From: an uncultured Gammaproteobacteria bacterium
GTDB lineage: Bacteria > Pseudomonadota > Gammaproteobacteria > DRLM01
Assembly (NCBI GenBank): GCA_963729605.1
Contig: CAVSNY010000007.1
Location: 1,056,001-1,120,000, forward strand
Length of the DNA: 64,000 nucleotides
Direction of reading: 5' to 3'
Shown: piece after piece, positions 42,353 to 51,603 of the stretch
Layout: each line of letters starts with the position of its first letter
Numbering within the stretch: position 1 is the stretch's first letter
Made by a program: the position numbers and the translations under genes
The notes under the pieces: model-generated
What the model was told of the DNA's origin: nothing
Database searches by the model: none
Seen by the model: the letters and a program-made list of their open reading frames with translations, nothing else

Positions 42353-45300
42353 ATGGGACGGCGGGTAAAGCGTAATCGCCATCGGCGAGGGAGCGACAAG
42401 ATCAAAGGCGGTGCTTCGCACCAGCCGCCGCCCGTCGTGCACGAGCCGATCCCGCCCCCCGACCGCGTTGACGATGGCCCGGCCGCGCCTGCCCCGGACC
42501 AAAACGAAATAGTGGCATCGCCCGCCCCCCCCTCTCCCGCCGTTGTCCCGCCGCCCCCGATCGTGCCTTCGCCGCCCAAGTCCCGCCATAAGCCGTTTTT
42601 GGCGCCGCCCTCCGTCGCCGAGGTGCGGCGGCGGGGCGGTGGGGCATGGCGCTGGCTGGGGCGCTTGGTGTTCGTCTCGCTGGTGATCGCCGTGGCGGTG
42701 TTCGCCGTCAAGGAGATGGACGACTCCACCTTGCAGGCGCGTTATCTCGCCCAACTGGGTAAAGAGGTGAGTTTTCAGGTCGAGCCCGGCCCCGCCCCCG
42801 CCGATGAAGTTCGATTCCCGGTTGCCGGCCCTTTCGATGAGCGGCTGGGTTATGTGCGGATCCCGGCATTTTTGGCGGCGCTGACCGAGAAGGGTTACCC
42901 GGTCACCGCGCAGGCCCGGATGTCGCCGCGGATGCGGCAATTGGTGGATTGGGGCCTGTTTCCCGCCTACCGCGAAAAAAACCGGGCGGGCCTCACCATC
43001 CTCGACCGCCACGGCCAGCCGATCTACGCGGTGGGTTATCCCGGCCAATTGTACGGCGAGTTCGACGATCTCCCGGCCTTGATGGTGAGCGCCTTGCTGT
43101 TCATCGAAAACCGCGAACTGCTCGACGCCCCGTCGCCGACCCGCAACCCCGCGGTGGAGTGGGACCGTTTGTTCAAGGCGGTCGGTGAACTGCTGGTGAG
43201 CAAGGTGGTGGACGACGGCAGCAATGTCGCGGGCGGCAGCACCCTCGCCACCCAAATGGAAAAATACCGCCACTCCCCCGGCGGTCTCACCCTCTCGCCC
43301 AAGGACAAGCTGCGGCAGATGGCCTCGGCCAGCGTGCGCGCCTATCTCGACGGCGAAGACACCCGGGCCTACCGCCGGCAGATCGTCCTCGATTACATCA
43401 ACTCGGTGCCGCTGGCGGCGCGGGCCGGTTACGGCGAAGTAAACGGTATCGGCGACGGTCTGCTGGTGTGGTACGGGGCCCAACCGGCGGAGACCGATCG
43501 GCACTTGCGGCGCCTGGCGGTTGAACCCGATCAAGTGAACGAAACCTCCGCGCTGGCCTATAAACAAGTGTTGAGTCTGTTCCTCGCCCAGCGCCGGCCG
43601 TCGTTTTATTTATCGGGGAAACCCGAGCGTTTGGACGGCTTGACCAATCTCTATTTGGATATGCTCGCCGAGGCCGGCTACATCCCGCCGACGCTGCGCG
43701 ACGCGGCCAAGAAGGTGACGCTGCGTTTCCGGGTCGGCGTCGAGCCGCCGCCGGTGACCTTCACCGCCAGCAAAGCCAACAACGCGGTACGCAGCCGTCT
43801 GGCCCAAGTGCTGGACGTACCGCGTTTGTACGACCTGGATCGGCTCGACCTGACGGTGCGGACGACCTTGGACAGTGAATTGCAAGGCACGGTCACCCGG
43901 ACCTTGCGCTCCCTGAAAGACCCCGCCCCGGCGCATGCCTCGGGTTTATACGGCGAACGTTTGCTGCGCGAGGGTGATGATCTCGCACGCATCGTCTATA
44001 GCTTCACCCTGTTGGAACGCACGGCCGCCGGCAATCTGGTGCGGGTGCAGACCGATAATTTCGATCAGCCCTTCGACATCAACGAAGGCGTGAAACTGGA
44101 TCTCGGCTCCACCGCCAAGCTGCGCACCCTGATCAGCTATCTCAATGTGATAGTCGCCTTGCACGAACGTTACGCGGCGCTCGACCCCGCGGAGCTGGCC
44201 AAGGTGGAGATCAGCGCCAACAATCCATTGGCGCGCTGGGCGCTGGATCATCTCCAGACCAGCGAAGACCGCGGCTTGACCGCCATGCTCGAGGCGGCCA
44301 TGGACAGGACCTATTCCGCGAACCCCGCCGAACAATTTTTCACCGGCGGCGGCCTGCACAGCTTCGAGAATTTCAACCGCGAAGACGACGGCAAGATCGT
44401 CACGGTGCGCGAGGCGCTGCGCAATTCGGTGAACCTGGCGTTCATCCGCATGATGCGCGACATCGTGCGTTATTACATGACCGCCGTGCCCGGTTCGTCC
44501 GGCAAATTGCTGGAAGACAGCGCCGATGAACGCCGGCCGGTCTATCTGGCGCGCTTCGCCGACCGCGAAGGCAGCCAGTACATGCAGCGTTTCTACCGCA
44601 AGTACCAGGGCAAGACGCCGGAGCAGGCCCTGGAGTTGTTGGTGGCGGGGATGCGGGTGACGCCGGCGCGGCTGGCGATGGTGTTCAATTCCGTCACGCC
44701 GGTCGCCAGCCTCAACGACTTCACGGCATTTCTGCGCTCCAACCTGCCGGTCACCAATCTGACGGACAAGGACATCGCCGGCTTATTCGCGAAATACACG
44801 CCGGACAATTTTTCCTTGCCCGATCGCGGCTACCTCGCGCGCGTACATCCGCTCGAGTTATGGACCGTGGCCTATATGCGCGCCCATCCTGAGGCCAAGA
44901 TGCAGGAAGTGTTGGACGCCAGCCGCGAACAACGCCAGGAAGTGTATAGCTGGCTGTTCAAGACCCGCCACAAGAATGCCCAGGACAGCCGCATCCGCAC
45001 CCTGCTGGAGATCGAGGCGTTTCAAGAGATCCATCGCGAATGGAAACGGCTGGGTTATCCCTTCGACAGCCTGGTCGGTTCGTACGCCACCGCCCTCGGC
45101 AGTTCGGCGGATCGCCCCGCGGCGCTGGCGGAGCTGATGGGCATCATCGTCAGCGACGGCGTACGTTCGCCCAATGTGCGCATGGAAGAGTTGCATTTCG
45201 CCGAGGCGACCCCGTACGAAGCGGTGGCGACGCGGCAAACCGTGGCCGGCGAGCGGGTATTGTCGGCCGAGGTCGCGCAAGTAGTGCGCCGCGCCTTGGC

Positions 45301-45823
45301 CGACGTGGTGGAGCAGGGCACGGCGCGCCGTCTCAAAAAGGCCTTCACCTTGCCGGACGGCACGGTAGTGACCGCCGGCGGCAAGACCGGCACCGGCGAT
45401 CATCGTTTCGAGGTCTACGGCAAGGGCGGGCGTTTGATCCAATCGCGGGTGGTGAACCGCACCGCGACCTTCGTATTTTATATCGGCGACCGTTTCTTCG
45501 GCACGCTCACCGCCTATGTGCACGGCCCCGAGGCCGCCAACTACCGCTTCACCAGCGGCCTGCCGGTGCAGGTGTTGAAGACCCTCGCGCCGGTGATCAC
45601 CCCGCTGTTGATCGAGGCGAAGGGCGAAGAGTCGGCTGTGCCATCGGAGGAGGTGCACGCCGTCGAAGCGATGCCGCCGTCATCCGCCGAGCCGGTGGAC
45701 GACGTGCCGGAGGACGTAGTGAAACCCGCGCTGCAAACGGAAGGTGATCCCACCCTGGAGCTGGATGCGGAACCACCGCTGGAACCCGAGTTGGAACCCA
45801 AACTGGAAATGCCCAAGGAATAA
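42353..45823 (+). CDS. Large GT51 transglycosylase / PBP-like protein
   Basis: TM anchor, IENR, GGSTLATQMEK, then STAK, SVN and KTGT transpeptidase-like motifs; Pro-rich N-terminus and acidic C-terminus. Confidence 0.85.
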   Translation: MGRRVKRNRHRRGSDKIKGGASHQPPPVVHEPIPPPDRVDDGPAAPAPDQNEIVASPAPPSPAVVPPPPIVPSPPKSRHKPFLAPPSVAEVRRRGGGAWRWLGRLVFVSLVIAVAVFAVKEMDDSTLQARYLAQLGKEVSFQVEPGPAPADEVRFPVAGPFDERLGYVRIPAFLAALTEKGYPVTAQARMSPRMRQLVDWGLFPAYREKNRAGLTILDRHGQPIYAVGYPGQLYGEFDDLPALMVSALLFIENRELLDAPSPTRNPAVEWDRLFKAVGELLVSKVVDDGSNVAGGSTLATQMEKYRHSPGGLTLSPKDKLRQMASASVRAYLDGEDTRAYRRQIVLDYINSVPLAARAGYGEVNGIGDGLLVWYGAQPAETDRHLRRLAVEPDQVNETSALAYKQVLSLFLAQRRPSFYLSGKPERLDGLTNLYLDMLAEAGYIPPTLRDAAKKVTLRFRVGVEPPPVTFTASKANNAVRSRLAQVLDVPRLYDLDRLDLTVRTTLDSELQGTVTRTLRSLKDPAPAHASGLYGERLLREGDDLARIVYSFTLLERTAAGNLVRVQTDNFDQPFDINEGVKLDLGSTAKLRTLISYLNVIVALHERYAALDPAELAKVEISANNPLARWALDHLQTSEDRGLTAMLEAAMDRTYSANPAEQFFTGGGLHSFENFNREDDGKIVTVREALRNSVNLAFIRMMRDIVRYYMTAVPGSSGKLLEDSADERRPVYLARFADREGSQYMQRFYRKYQGKTPEQALELLVAGMRVTPARLAMVFNSVTPVASLNDFTAFLRSNLPVTNLTDKDIAGLFAKYTPDNFSLPDRGYLARVHPLELWTVAYMRAHPEAKMQEVLDASREQRQEVYSWLFKTRHKNAQDSRIRTLLEIEAFQEIHREWKRLGYPFDSLVGSYATALGSSADRPAALAELMGIIVSDGVRSPNVRMEELHFAEATPYEAVATRQTVAGERVLSAEVAQVVRRALADVVEQGTARRLKKAFTLPDGTVVTAGGKTGTGDHRFEVYGKGGRLIQSRVVNRTATFVFYIGDRFFGTLTAYVHGPEAANYRFTSGLPVQVLKTLAPVITPLLIEAKGEESAVPSEEVHAVEAMPPSSAEPVDDVPEDVVKPALQTEGDPTLELDAEPPLEPELEPKLEMPKE

Positions 45824-45856
45824 GCCGCGGGCGGCATCAAGCATCATGCATTGAGA

Positions 45857-46010
45857 TAAGCCCCCGGCTCTGCCGGGGGACTCAATCAGGCTTCGAATCC
45901 ATGCGTCGGAGTTTCACCGACGGCGCGGGAGATCCAGCGCCGCTTCATCATCCTCAATCAGGCTTCGCTCCGTGCGTCGTAGTTTCACCCCTTGGGGCTG
46001 TTGGGCAAAT
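45857..46010. mobile_element. IS200/IS605-like end hairpin remnant without transposase
   Basis: AAGCCCCCGGCTCTGCCGGGGGACTC hairpin followed by two imperfect copies of TCAATCAGGCTTCG..TGCGTCG..AGTTTCACC. Confidence 0.5.
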
Positions 46011-46087
46011 GGACTGTCAAGCGCCGTGTCAGGGCCCGAAGCGGACGGCGTTTTCACCCGTGCGGCGGTCGATGTTTGAGATTTTAT

Positions 46088-46257
46088 CCCCTCCTTTCAT
46101 AAGGAGGGGTGGCCCGCAGGGCCGGGGTGGTTTTGCTTTTTTGCCAAGGCGATCGGCGGCGAAGGCCCGGCGTGACATTGATGCAAGTGCGAAGCCGAGT
46201 GATTTCTGAACCGCACCACCCACTACGGGGGCACCCCTCCTCCAAAATGGGGAGGGG
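46088..46257. repeat. Inverted pair of CCCCTCCT..AGGAGGGG palindromic repeats
   Basis: CCCCTCCTTTCATAAGGAGGGGTGGCCCGCAGGGCCGGGGTGG and inverted CCACCCACTACGGGGGCACCCCTCCTCCAAAATGGGGAGGGG. Confidence 0.75.
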
Positions 46258-46331
46258 CATCGCGGGCAACGGTCGTGATGAAGCGGCCTGTGTGTAAAGC
46301 GCCTGTAAGGCGCCCGCATTATTAACGGCGC

Positions 46332-47060
46332 TCAAGTCCCGCCCAAACTCTCCAAGTCGCAACCGGCCGCGTCGCACACCAACACGCTGCCTTGTTCGTA
46401 CCAATCGCCCAGCACGATGCGGCGCGCCGCGTGGCCGTCCAACTCGAAGTCGTGCACGGCGGGACGGTGGGTGTGGCCGTGGATCAATTGCCGTACGCCA
46501 TGCCGGCGCATGACGTTCGCCACCGCGTCTTGGTTGACGTCCATGATCGCCTCGGCCTTTTGACTGTTGCGTTCGCGGCTGGCGTCGCGGAACTGGCGCG
46601 CCATGGCGATGCGTTGCTCGATGCCCATGGCGAGGAACTGGCGTTGAGTCTCCGGATTGCGCACATGGGCGCGAAATTGCTGATACTCGATGTCGTCGGT
46701 GCACAGGGTGTCGCCGTGCATCAGCAGGGTGCGCTCGCCGTTCAAGTCGATCAAGGTGGGATCGGCGATCAAGCGGCAGCCGCTGAGTCGTTCGAAGGTC
46801 TCGCCCAATAAAAAATCCCGGTTGCCGTGCAGCACCGAGACCGGCACGCCACTATTGGCGAGCGCGCGGAAATTTTCCAGCACGGGTTGATAGGCGGGAT
46901 GAATGGCATCGTCGCCCAGCCACACTTCGAACAAATCGCCCAGCACATACAGTGCATGTGCCCGGGCCGCGCGTTCTTGGAGGAAGTCGAGCAGCAACGC
47001 GGTGATGGCGGGCCGCTCGGCGCTGAGGTGTAGATCGGAAATGAACAGGGTAGTGCTCAT
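46332..47060 (-). CDS. lpxH: UDP-2,3-diacylglucosamine diphosphatase
   Basis: ISDLHL, GDLFE, HGNRDF, HGDTLCTDD, HGHTHRP. Confidence 0.97.
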   Translation of the reverse strand: MSTTLFISDLHLSAERPAITALLLDFLQERAARAHALYVLGDLFEVWLGDDAIHPAYQPVLENFRALANSGVPVSVLHGNRDFLLGETFERLSGCRLIADPTLIDLNGERTLLMHGDTLCTDDIEYQQFRAHVRNPETQRQFLAMGIEQRIAMARQFRDASRERNSQKAEAIMDVNQDAVANVMRRHGVRQLIHGHTHRPAVHDFELDGHAARRIVLGDWYEQGSVLVCDAAGCDLESLGGT

Positions 47061-47159
47061 GAACTCATCTTCGCGTCCGGCGGCTGGGATGGTCGATGGA
47101 TCGATCCGCGTAACCCCGGTCCCGCTGCGATGAACGGGCCGGGATCGCGGTCGGCGATT

Positions 47160-47756
47160 TTATTTTGCCGCGCCCACCAGGGTGACCTTCTCGATGACCA
47201 CGTTCTGGCGCGGCGCATCGGAGGGGAAGGGGCCGGCGGAACCGGTGGCGACCTTGGCGATCTTGTCCGCGACGTCCATGCCTTCCACCACGGTGCCGAA
47301 CACCGTGTAGCCCCAGCCGCGGGGATTGGGCGCGGTGAAGTTCAGAAAATCGTTGTCCACCACGTTGATGAAAAACTGCGCGGTGGCGGAGTGGGGGTCG
47401 TTGGTGCGGGCCATGGCGATGGTGCCGCGCTTGTTGACCAGACCATTGTTGGCTTCATTTTCGATGGGCTGATGCGTGGACTTCTGCGTGAAGTCGGCGT
47501 TATAGCCGCCGCCCTGCACCATGAAATTGGGGATGACGCGATGAAAAATAGTGCCGTCGTAGTGGCCTTCATTGACGTAACGCAGGAAGTTCTCCACCGA
47601 CTTGGGCGCCTTGGCGCGGTTCAGTTCGATGACGATGTCGCCCATATTGGTTTGCATGCGCACCCGCGGCTGGTCGGCGGCGGCGCCCGCGCCCTGCGGC
47701 ACGACACTGAACATAGCGCACAGACCCAGCGCGGCGAAGAGGGGGGTTTTCTTCAT
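47160..47756 (-). CDS. Cyclophilin-type peptidyl-prolyl isomerase with signal peptide (PpiA/PpiB family)
   Basis: [32 protein letters not shown]; N-terminal signal peptide. Confidence 0.95.
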   Translation of the reverse strand: MKKTPLFAALGLCAMFSVVPQGAGAAADQPRVRMQTNMGDIVIELNRAKAPKSVENFLRYVNEGHYDGTIFHRVIPNFMVQGGGYNADFTQKSTHQPIENEANNGLVNKRGTIAMARTNDPHSATAQFFINVVDNDFLNFTAPNPRGWGYTVFGTVVEGMDVADKIAKVATGSAGPFPSDAPRQNVVIEKVTLVGAAK

Positions 47757-47897
47757 GATACGGTCCTTCTTTGAAATGAAAGATATGAAAGCGGATAAGA
47801 GCAGCGGCCCATGATAGACGTTTTGGACCCGTTAAGAAAGTTGGCGGGGCCACGCCGCCTTTGAGCTGCGGCCCGCTTTCCGCTACCATGCGCGCCA

Positions 47898-49303
47898 TGA
47901 ATCAGTCCGCCGTAAAAACCCGTTTCGCCCCCAGCCCGACCGGCTTGATCCACTTGGGCAATGTGCGCACCGCGCTGTTCAACGCCCTTTACGCCCGCCA
48001 CACCCGGGGGGTGTTTTTGCTGCGCATCGAGGACACCGATCTGGAGCGCAGCCGCGGCGAACACATCCTCGCCCTGATGGAGGACCTGCACTGGTTGGCC
48101 CTGGATTGGCAGGAAGGTCCCGAGGCCGACGACACCCACGGCCCCTATGCGCAATCCCAGCGCGGCGAAATTTATCAGCGCTATTTCTCGGTATTGGAAG
48201 AGCGGGGTTTGGCCTATCCCTGTTTCTGTTCGCCGCGGGAATTGGAGCTGTCGCGCAAGACCCAGCTGGCCGCCGGCCGCCCGCCGCGTTACGCGGGCAC
48301 CTGCGCGCGCTTGAACGCCGAGGAGCGGCAAAAGCGTTTGGATAAAGGGCTGCAACCCAACTTGCGATTCCGGGTGCCGGACGGCGACGTGGTCCGCTTC
48401 GACGATCTGGTGCGCGGACCGCAGGCCTTCGCCACCGGCGACATCGGCGACTTCGTGATCCGCCGCGCCGACGGCAACGCCGCCTTCTTTTTCAGCAACG
48501 CCCTCGATGATGCGCTGATGGAAGTGACGCACGTGCTGCGCGGCGAGGATCATCTCACCAATACCCCGCGGCAGATTTTGCTGCAACAGGCCCTGGGCCT
48601 GCACACGCCGCACTACGGCCACATCAGCATGATCGTCGGCGCCGACGGCGCGCCGCTTTCCAAGCGCACCGGCAGCCGCAGCGTGCGCGAGCTGCGCGAG
48701 GCCGGTTACCTGCCGCTGGCGGTGGTGAATTATCTGGCGCGGCTCGGCCACCATTACGAGAACAACGCCTATCTCGATCTGGATGGACTGGCCCGCGAGT
48801 TTGATCTCGGCAGACTCGGCCGCTCGCCGGCGCGCTACGACCCGACCCAACTCGATTATTATCAGCGCCAGGCGGTGCAGCACGCCGACGCGGACACCTT
48901 GTGGCAATGGATGGGCGAGCCGGTGCATGCGTTGGTGCCCGCCGCGCGGCGCGAGGAATTCGTCGCCGCGGTGCGCGGCAATATCGTGCTGCCGGGCGAG
49001 GCGCTGCATTGGGCGCGCATTCTTTTCGCGGAGACCCTGGAATTGCAGGACGAGGCGCAGGCGGTGGTGACGCAGGCCGGCGCTCAATTTTTCGCGGCGG
49101 CGGTCGCTGCCCTCGAGGCGCATCCCGCCGATTACGCGGCGATGGTCGAACAACTCAAACGCGGCAGCGGCGCCAAGGGCAAGGCCCTGTTCAAACCGCT
49201 GCGCGCGGCGCTCACCGGCGAAGTGGACGGGCCGGAGCTGGCGCCGTTGTTGTCATTGATCACCGCCGAGAAGGCACGGGCGCGCTTGGCGTATTGGGCA
49301 TGA
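47898..49303 (+). CDS. gltX: Glutamate--tRNA ligase
   Basis: RFAPSPTG, HLGN (HIGH-like), LRIEDTD, RGEDH, PLSKR (KMSKS-like), anticodon-binding domain PLRAALTG. Confidence 0.93.
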
Positions 49304-49308
49304 TAAAT

Positions 49309-49428
49309 GGAGTGGCTTGGCGCGGCGTAACCCGCCAAGCCGTCGCCGGAGGCGACGCCATGAATGCCATGAGTCACCTGCGGTGACACTGTCGGCGGGT
49401 CGCGGCCTTCGGCCTAACCCATCCTACA
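49309..49428. repeat. GTAG-type REP doublet (degenerate)
   Basis: GCGTAACCCGCC ... GGCGGGTCGCGGCCTTCGGCCTAACCCATCCTAC. Confidence 0.7.
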
Positions 49429-49446
49429 TCGATAAACAATGACACT

Positions 49447-50934
49447 ATGCTGAAAATCCACAACAGCCTCACCAAGCAAAAAGAACCGTTCATGCCGCGC
49501 GTGCCCGGCAAGGTCGGCATGTACGTCTGCGGCATGACGGTCTACGACTACTGCCACGTCGGCCACGCGCGGGTGATGGTGGTGTTCGACGTGGTGGCGC
49601 GTTATCTCCGCGCCAGCGGTTACGACGTGACCTACGTGCGCAACATCACCGACATCGACGACAAGATCATCAAGCGCGCCGCCGAGAACGGCGAGACCAT
49701 GGCCGCGCTCACCGAGCGTTTTATCCAAGCCATGCATGAGGACAGCGCGGCGCTCGGCGTGCTGCCGCCCGATCACGAGCCGCGCGCCACGACCTCGATC
49801 GACGCGATCATCGATATGATCCAGTGCCTGGTCGAGCGCGGTTACGCCTATCACGCGAAGAACGGCGATGTCTATTACGACGTCAGCCGCTTCGAAAACT
49901 ACGGCGCGCTGTCCGGCAAGCGCGTCGAAGATTTGCGGGTCGGCGAACGGGTGGCGGTGGACGAGGCCAAGGACGATCCGCTCGACTTCGTGTTATGGAA
50001 GAGCGCCAAACCGGGCGAACCGAGTTGGCCATCGCCGTGGGGAGCGGGCCGGCCCGGCTGGCACATCGAATGTTCCGCCATGTCCACTCAATGTTTGGGC
50101 GACCACTTCGACATCCACGGCGGCGGCATGGATCTCATGTTCCCGCATCACGAAAACGAGATCGCGCAAAGCGAGGCCGCCACCGGCTGTCACTTCGTCA
50201 ATTACTGGATGCACAACGGCTTCGTGCAGATCAACGAAGAGAAGATGTCGAAGTCGCTGGGTAATTTCTTCACGGTGCGCGAGGTGCTCAAGCACTTAGA
50301 TCCAGACGATTCGTTACGTGCTGGTGAAATAATTCGTTATTTCATACTCCAAAGTCACTACCGCAGTCCTTTGAATTACTCAGAGGACAATCTACAGAAC
50401 GCAAAGAACAGTCTAACTAGGCTTTATAGATCTTTGCATCTCATAGGTGGGCTTTCTCCTAGCACAGATTTCACAGACGTGGAGCATGACTATCTGGCGC
50501 GTTTTCGAGCAGCTATGGATGATGACTTCAATACGCCGGAGGCATTGGCAGTCATCGCCAGTCTCGCGAACGAAGTTAACCGCGCAAAGGATGCTAATGA
50601 CCAAGAGAACGTCTTCAGGATGGTAGGCGCCTTGGTCGAAATGGGGAAATCGCTAGGCTTGCTTCAAAGAAAGCCAAAAGACTTTCTTAAGCTCACGACG
50701 ATTTCTCGATCATTTAGGTTTACCTGGAATAATGAAATTATAACTTCAGATGCATCGCGGCAAGACAATATTGTTGGGGCGGTGGATGCTCAAGTTAGTG
50801 AATTGGTGCTGCTTCGAGAGAAAGCCCGCAAGGAAAAGAACTGGGCCGAGTCCGATCGCATCCGCGACGAGTTGAAGGCCCAAGGCGTGATCTTGGAAGA
50901 CGGGCCGCAGGGCACGACCTGGCGGCGGGCTTAA
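49447..50934 (+). CDS. cysS: Cysteine--tRNA ligase
   Basis: [51 protein letters not shown]. Confidence 0.97.
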   Translation: MLKIHNSLTKQKEPFMPRVPGKVGMYVCGMTVYDYCHVGHARVMVVFDVVARYLRASGYDVTYVRNITDIDDKIIKRAAENGETMAALTERFIQAMHEDSAALGVLPPDHEPRATTSIDAIIDMIQCLVERGYAYHAKNGDVYYDVSRFENYGALSGKRVEDLRVGERVAVDEAKDDPLDFVLWKSAKPGEPSWPSPWGAGRPGWHIECSAMSTQCLGDHFDIHGGGMDLMFPHHENEIAQSEAATGCHFVNYWMHNGFVQINEEKMSKSLGNFFTVREVLKHLDPDDSLRAGEIIRYFILQSHYRSPLNYSEDNLQNAKNSLTRLYRSLHLIGGLSPSTDFTDVEHDYLARFRAAMDDDFNTPEALAVIASLANEVNRAKDANDQENVFRMVGALVEMGKSLGLLQRKPKDFLKLTTISRSFRFTWNNEIITSDASRQDNIVGAVDAQVSELVLLREKARKEKNWAESDRIRDELKAQGVILEDGPQGTTWRRA

Positions 50935-51137
50935 ACGGTTCGCGCGAGTCATGCCGCCATTTCGTACTCGCGCTTTTATAGCTCCCAGTGCTAGGTGCTT
51001 TTTTAGTCGGCGTGTAAGCTTGTTTACATCCTCACTCAGCGTGACGGAACGGCCGGCGACCCCGGCCGTTCGTTTGCGGGCTACTGGTACTGGGTCGCCG
51101 TAAAAAATTAAAACGTGATTGACATTGCCGCCGTCCT

Positions 51138-51452
51138 CACCACCCCGCCCCTGCGGGGCACCCCTCCTCAAAGAGGAGGGGAAAAAGATTTATATCTCCC
51201 GCGCTGGGCGGGGCTGAAGCGGCCGTTGACCGCTTCCTCAAAGAGGAGGGGAAAAGATTTATATTTCCCCTCCTTCGCGCTGGGCGGGGCTGAAGCGGCC
51301 GTTGACCGCCTCCTCAAAGAGGAAGGGAAAAAGATTTATATTTCCCCTCCTTTCCAAGGAGGGGTGGACGCGAAGCGGACGGGGTGGTTACGCCTTTCCA
51401 AGGAGGGGTGGACGCGAAGCGGACGGGGTGGTTACGTCTTTCCAAGGAGGGA
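51138..51452. repeat. CCCCTCC/GGAGGGG repeat cluster with tandem duplications
   Basis: Two ~76-bp copies (CGCGCTGGGCGGGGCTGAAGCGGCCGTTGACCGC..AAGATTTATATTTCCCC) and two ~44-bp copies (TTTCCAAGGAGGGGTGGACGCGAAGCGGACGGGGTGGTTACG). Confidence 0.85.
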
Positions 51453-51603
51453 AGGATCTATGTATGGTGGGCAGGGTGGTGACTTTTTGCAGGCGGGATG
51501 CGATAGATCGACGGCATCTTGATTCCCCGCGTGAGCTTGGATAACGCGGTTTTAGTAGACACGGAATTTTTAAACAATAACGCAAACCGAGGTTGACGCC
51601 ATC

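Noticed and set aside
51138-51452. Possible CRISPR array
   Set aside because: Units are contiguous duplications without unique spacers, and no cas genes are present
50746-51522. ORFs 50746-51171 (-) and 51115-51522 (+)
   Set aside because: They overlap cysS or translate repeat DNA; no motifs
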